From positions 26,269,018 through 26,333,017 of the forward strand of contig NC_081376.1 in assembly GCF_030684315.1 (NCBI RefSeq): a stretch of 64,000 bases of DNA, read 5' to 3'. The DNA comes from Stegostoma tigrinum. Taxonomy: Eukaryota. Every line of letters begins with the position of its first letter. The first letter of the stretch is position 1. The position numbers were made by a program, and so were the translations under genes. Below, piece by piece: positions 61,987 through 64,000 of the stretch. The notes under the pieces were generated by a model, which did not search any database, was not told where the DNA came from, and saw only the letters and a program-made list of their open reading frames with translations.

Positions 61987-62397
61987 CACTGTATCCGGTG
62001 CGGCTTCCTCTACATTGGGGAAACCAAGCGGAGGCTTGGGGACCGCTTTGCAGAACACCTCCGCTCAGTTCGCAAAAAACAACTGCACCTCCCAGTCGCA
62101 AACCATTTCCACTCCCCCTCCCATTCTCTTGATGACATGTCCATCATGGGCCTCCTGCACTGCCACAATGATGCCACCCGAAGGTTGCAGGAACAGCAAC
62201 TCATATTCCGCCTGGGAACCCTGCAGCCATATGGTATCAATGTGGACTTCACCAGTTTCAAAATCTCCCCTTCCCCTACTGCATCCCTCAACCAGCCCAG
62301 TTCGTCCCCTCCCCCCACTGCACCACACAACCAGCCCAGCTCTTCCCCCCCACCCACTGCATCCCAAAACCAGTCCAACCGGTCTCTGCCTCCCTAA
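61987..62397 (+). pseudogene. 5'-truncated PLE GIY-YIG endonuclease reading frame (mirror copy 61535-61964 on minus)
   Basis: (NVVYCI)HCTRCGFLYIGETKRRLGDRFAEH...VANHF...RRLQEQQLIFRLGTLQPYGIN, uninterrupted, followed by a Pro/Ser repeat; no start context or RT. Confidence 0.9.
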
Positions 62398-62619
62398 CCG
62401 GTTCTTCCTCTCACCCATCCCTTCCTCCCACCCCAAGCCGCACCCCCCGCTACCTACTAACCTCATCCCACCTCCTTGACCTGTCCGTCTTCCCTGGACT
62501 GACCTATCCCCTCCCTACCTCCCCACCTACACTCTCTCCACCTATCTTCTTTACTCTCCATCTTCGGTCCGCCTCCCCCTCTCTCCCTATTTATTCCAGT
62601 TCCCTCCCCCCATCCCCCT

Positions 62620-62651
62620 CTCTGATGAAGGGTCTAGGCCCGAAATGTCAG
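62620..62651 (+). ncRNA. Minimal hammerhead ribozyme motif (GAAAU variant)
   Basis: ctctgatgaagggtctaggcccgaaatgtcag. Confidence 0.75.
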
Positions 62652-63259
62652 CTTTTGTGCTCCTGAGATGCTGCTTGGCCTGCTGTGTTCATCCAGCCTC
62701 ACATTTTATTATCTTAATTACTAAGTGTGTTTTGTTTTATTCCAGAAGTGAGTGGTTACGTTTAACTAGGCCATAAAAGGACCACACAAATTAATCACTA
62801 CATATAGCTAGCAGTTATACGTTCTACCTTTACTGTGTTCCTTCATCAATTCATTGTTCTCTCTACCACTACTACTGTCGTAAGAAGGCTGTCTTTTGTA
62901 GGACTTGGGTGATAATTAGACTGCACTACAAATTTGAAAAATATTGAGTATAATTAATTGAAGAAAATTGCACATAGGGGAAAAGTCCTTATCATCTATC
63001 ACTCTTATGCTCACTCGTTAACATTGGCTTTTTATTATTCATTTGTGAGATGTGAGCAAGAACTATCACAGTTAAAGTGCTGTTGGTTTACCACAGTGCT
63101 GTTACGAATGTGGCCTCAGGATTTCCACCCAACTGTGAAAGAACAGCAGTGTAGTTCCAAACCAGGAGGGTGTATAACTTGATAAGGGGGTTTGTGAGTG
63201 GTGTGTCAGTGTTTGCTTTCAGAAAGTAAAACTTGTGGTTGGGGAAAGTGCTTTATTTT

Positions 63260-64000
63260 CACTTTATTCGTGGGTTGTGGATATTACTGGCTCAGCTGGC
63301 ATTTATTGCCCATTGCTAACTGCTCCTGAGGAGGCTCTGAGAAGATACTTGTCTGAGCCGCTGTGGTACATGTGAAGTAGATACTTCTGTTGTGTTATTA
63401 TGAAGGAAGTTCGGCACTTTGACCCAGCTGCAGTGATGGAGTTCCAAGATAAGATGATGAGTAGCATAGAAGAGAACATGCAAGTGATGGTATTTCCATG
63501 TAACTGTTGCTCATAACCTTCCTGGTGGGCAATGATTGCAGGTTTGGACAGTGTTATCAAAGGAGCCTCGGGAAATTACTACACTGCATTTAGTGGATGG
63601 GACACAGTGTTATTACTGTGTGTTGGTGAAGAAGGGGGAGTGTACTGAAGGTGATCAATAGCGTGCTGTGCAGGTGGTTACTTTGCCCTGGATGGTGTTC
63701 AGCTTCTTGTATATTGTTCATGCTGTACTCATCGAGGCAAGTGGAAAGCATCCCATAACATTCCCAGCTTGTGCCCTGTAGATGGTGGACAGGGTTTGGG
63801 ATTCAGGAATTGAGTGTGTACTCTCCAGTGTCAAAATCTGTTACATGCTTTTGTAGCATAGTCTATATTTACTGAACCAGCTCAGTTTCAGGTCACTGGT
63901 GATTTGGATAATAGATTGAGTGAAGATTTAATGATCATTGTTGAAAGACAAGGAGAAGATGTATAGATTCTCTGTAATTGGAGAAGGTCATTGCCTGTCA
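63260..64000 (-). mobile_element. CR1/L2-like LINE 3' portion, decayed
   Basis: Tail ggcatttattgcccattgctaactg; reverse strand TIYRAQAGNVMGCFPLASMSTA...KLNTIQGKV. Confidence 0.8.

Larger units (their letters stand above)
61180..62714. mobile_element. 1.53-kb near-perfect palindromic Penelope-like insert (subfamily A), very young
   Basis: 731-bp arms 61217-61947 and 61985-62715, 37-nt spacer, 37-nt tail on left, TSD taattactaagtgt at 61166-61179 and 62715-62728. Confidence 0.97.

Noticed and set aside
61180-62714. Palindrome as a sequencing or assembly fold-back artefact
   Set aside because: Unique flanks on both sides, a 14-bp TSD, a one-sided tail, a few arm mismatches, and the same architecture in older diverged copies
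1-64000. CRISPR arrays, operons or other prokaryotic systems
   Set aside because: Sequence is vertebrate repeat-rich non-coding DNA; no regularly spaced repeats or gene-dense regions

Overview
Non-coding, repeat-rich vertebrate DNA, almost certainly from a shark. The evidence is an HE1-type V-SINE, DeuSINE-like elements and abundant CR1/L2 LINE debris. I found no supportable host protein-coding exon, so this looks like a large intron or gene desert. The repeats are decayed CR1 and L2 LINEs, tRNA-derived SINEs, several PIF/Harbinger remnants (Myb/SANT gene plus HARBI1-like transposase), one decayed tRNA-Ser gene and microsatellites. The standout is a dense set of Penelope-like (GIY-YIG) retroelement insertions built as fold-back palindromes, from about 130 bp to 1.5 kb. 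Both outer ends are element 3' ends, only one arm carries a ~36-nt tail, most arms carry a minimal hammerhead ribozyme motif (CUGAUGA/CUGAAGA...GAAAC-GUC), and most inserts sit in an 11-16 bp target-site duplication (TSD). Comparing the copies suggests a two-primer integration mechanism (inference). A Harbinger remnant at 53.6-55.4 kb appears to have captured ~290 bp of neighbouring host DNA. Coordinates and identities were read by eye; no searches were run.
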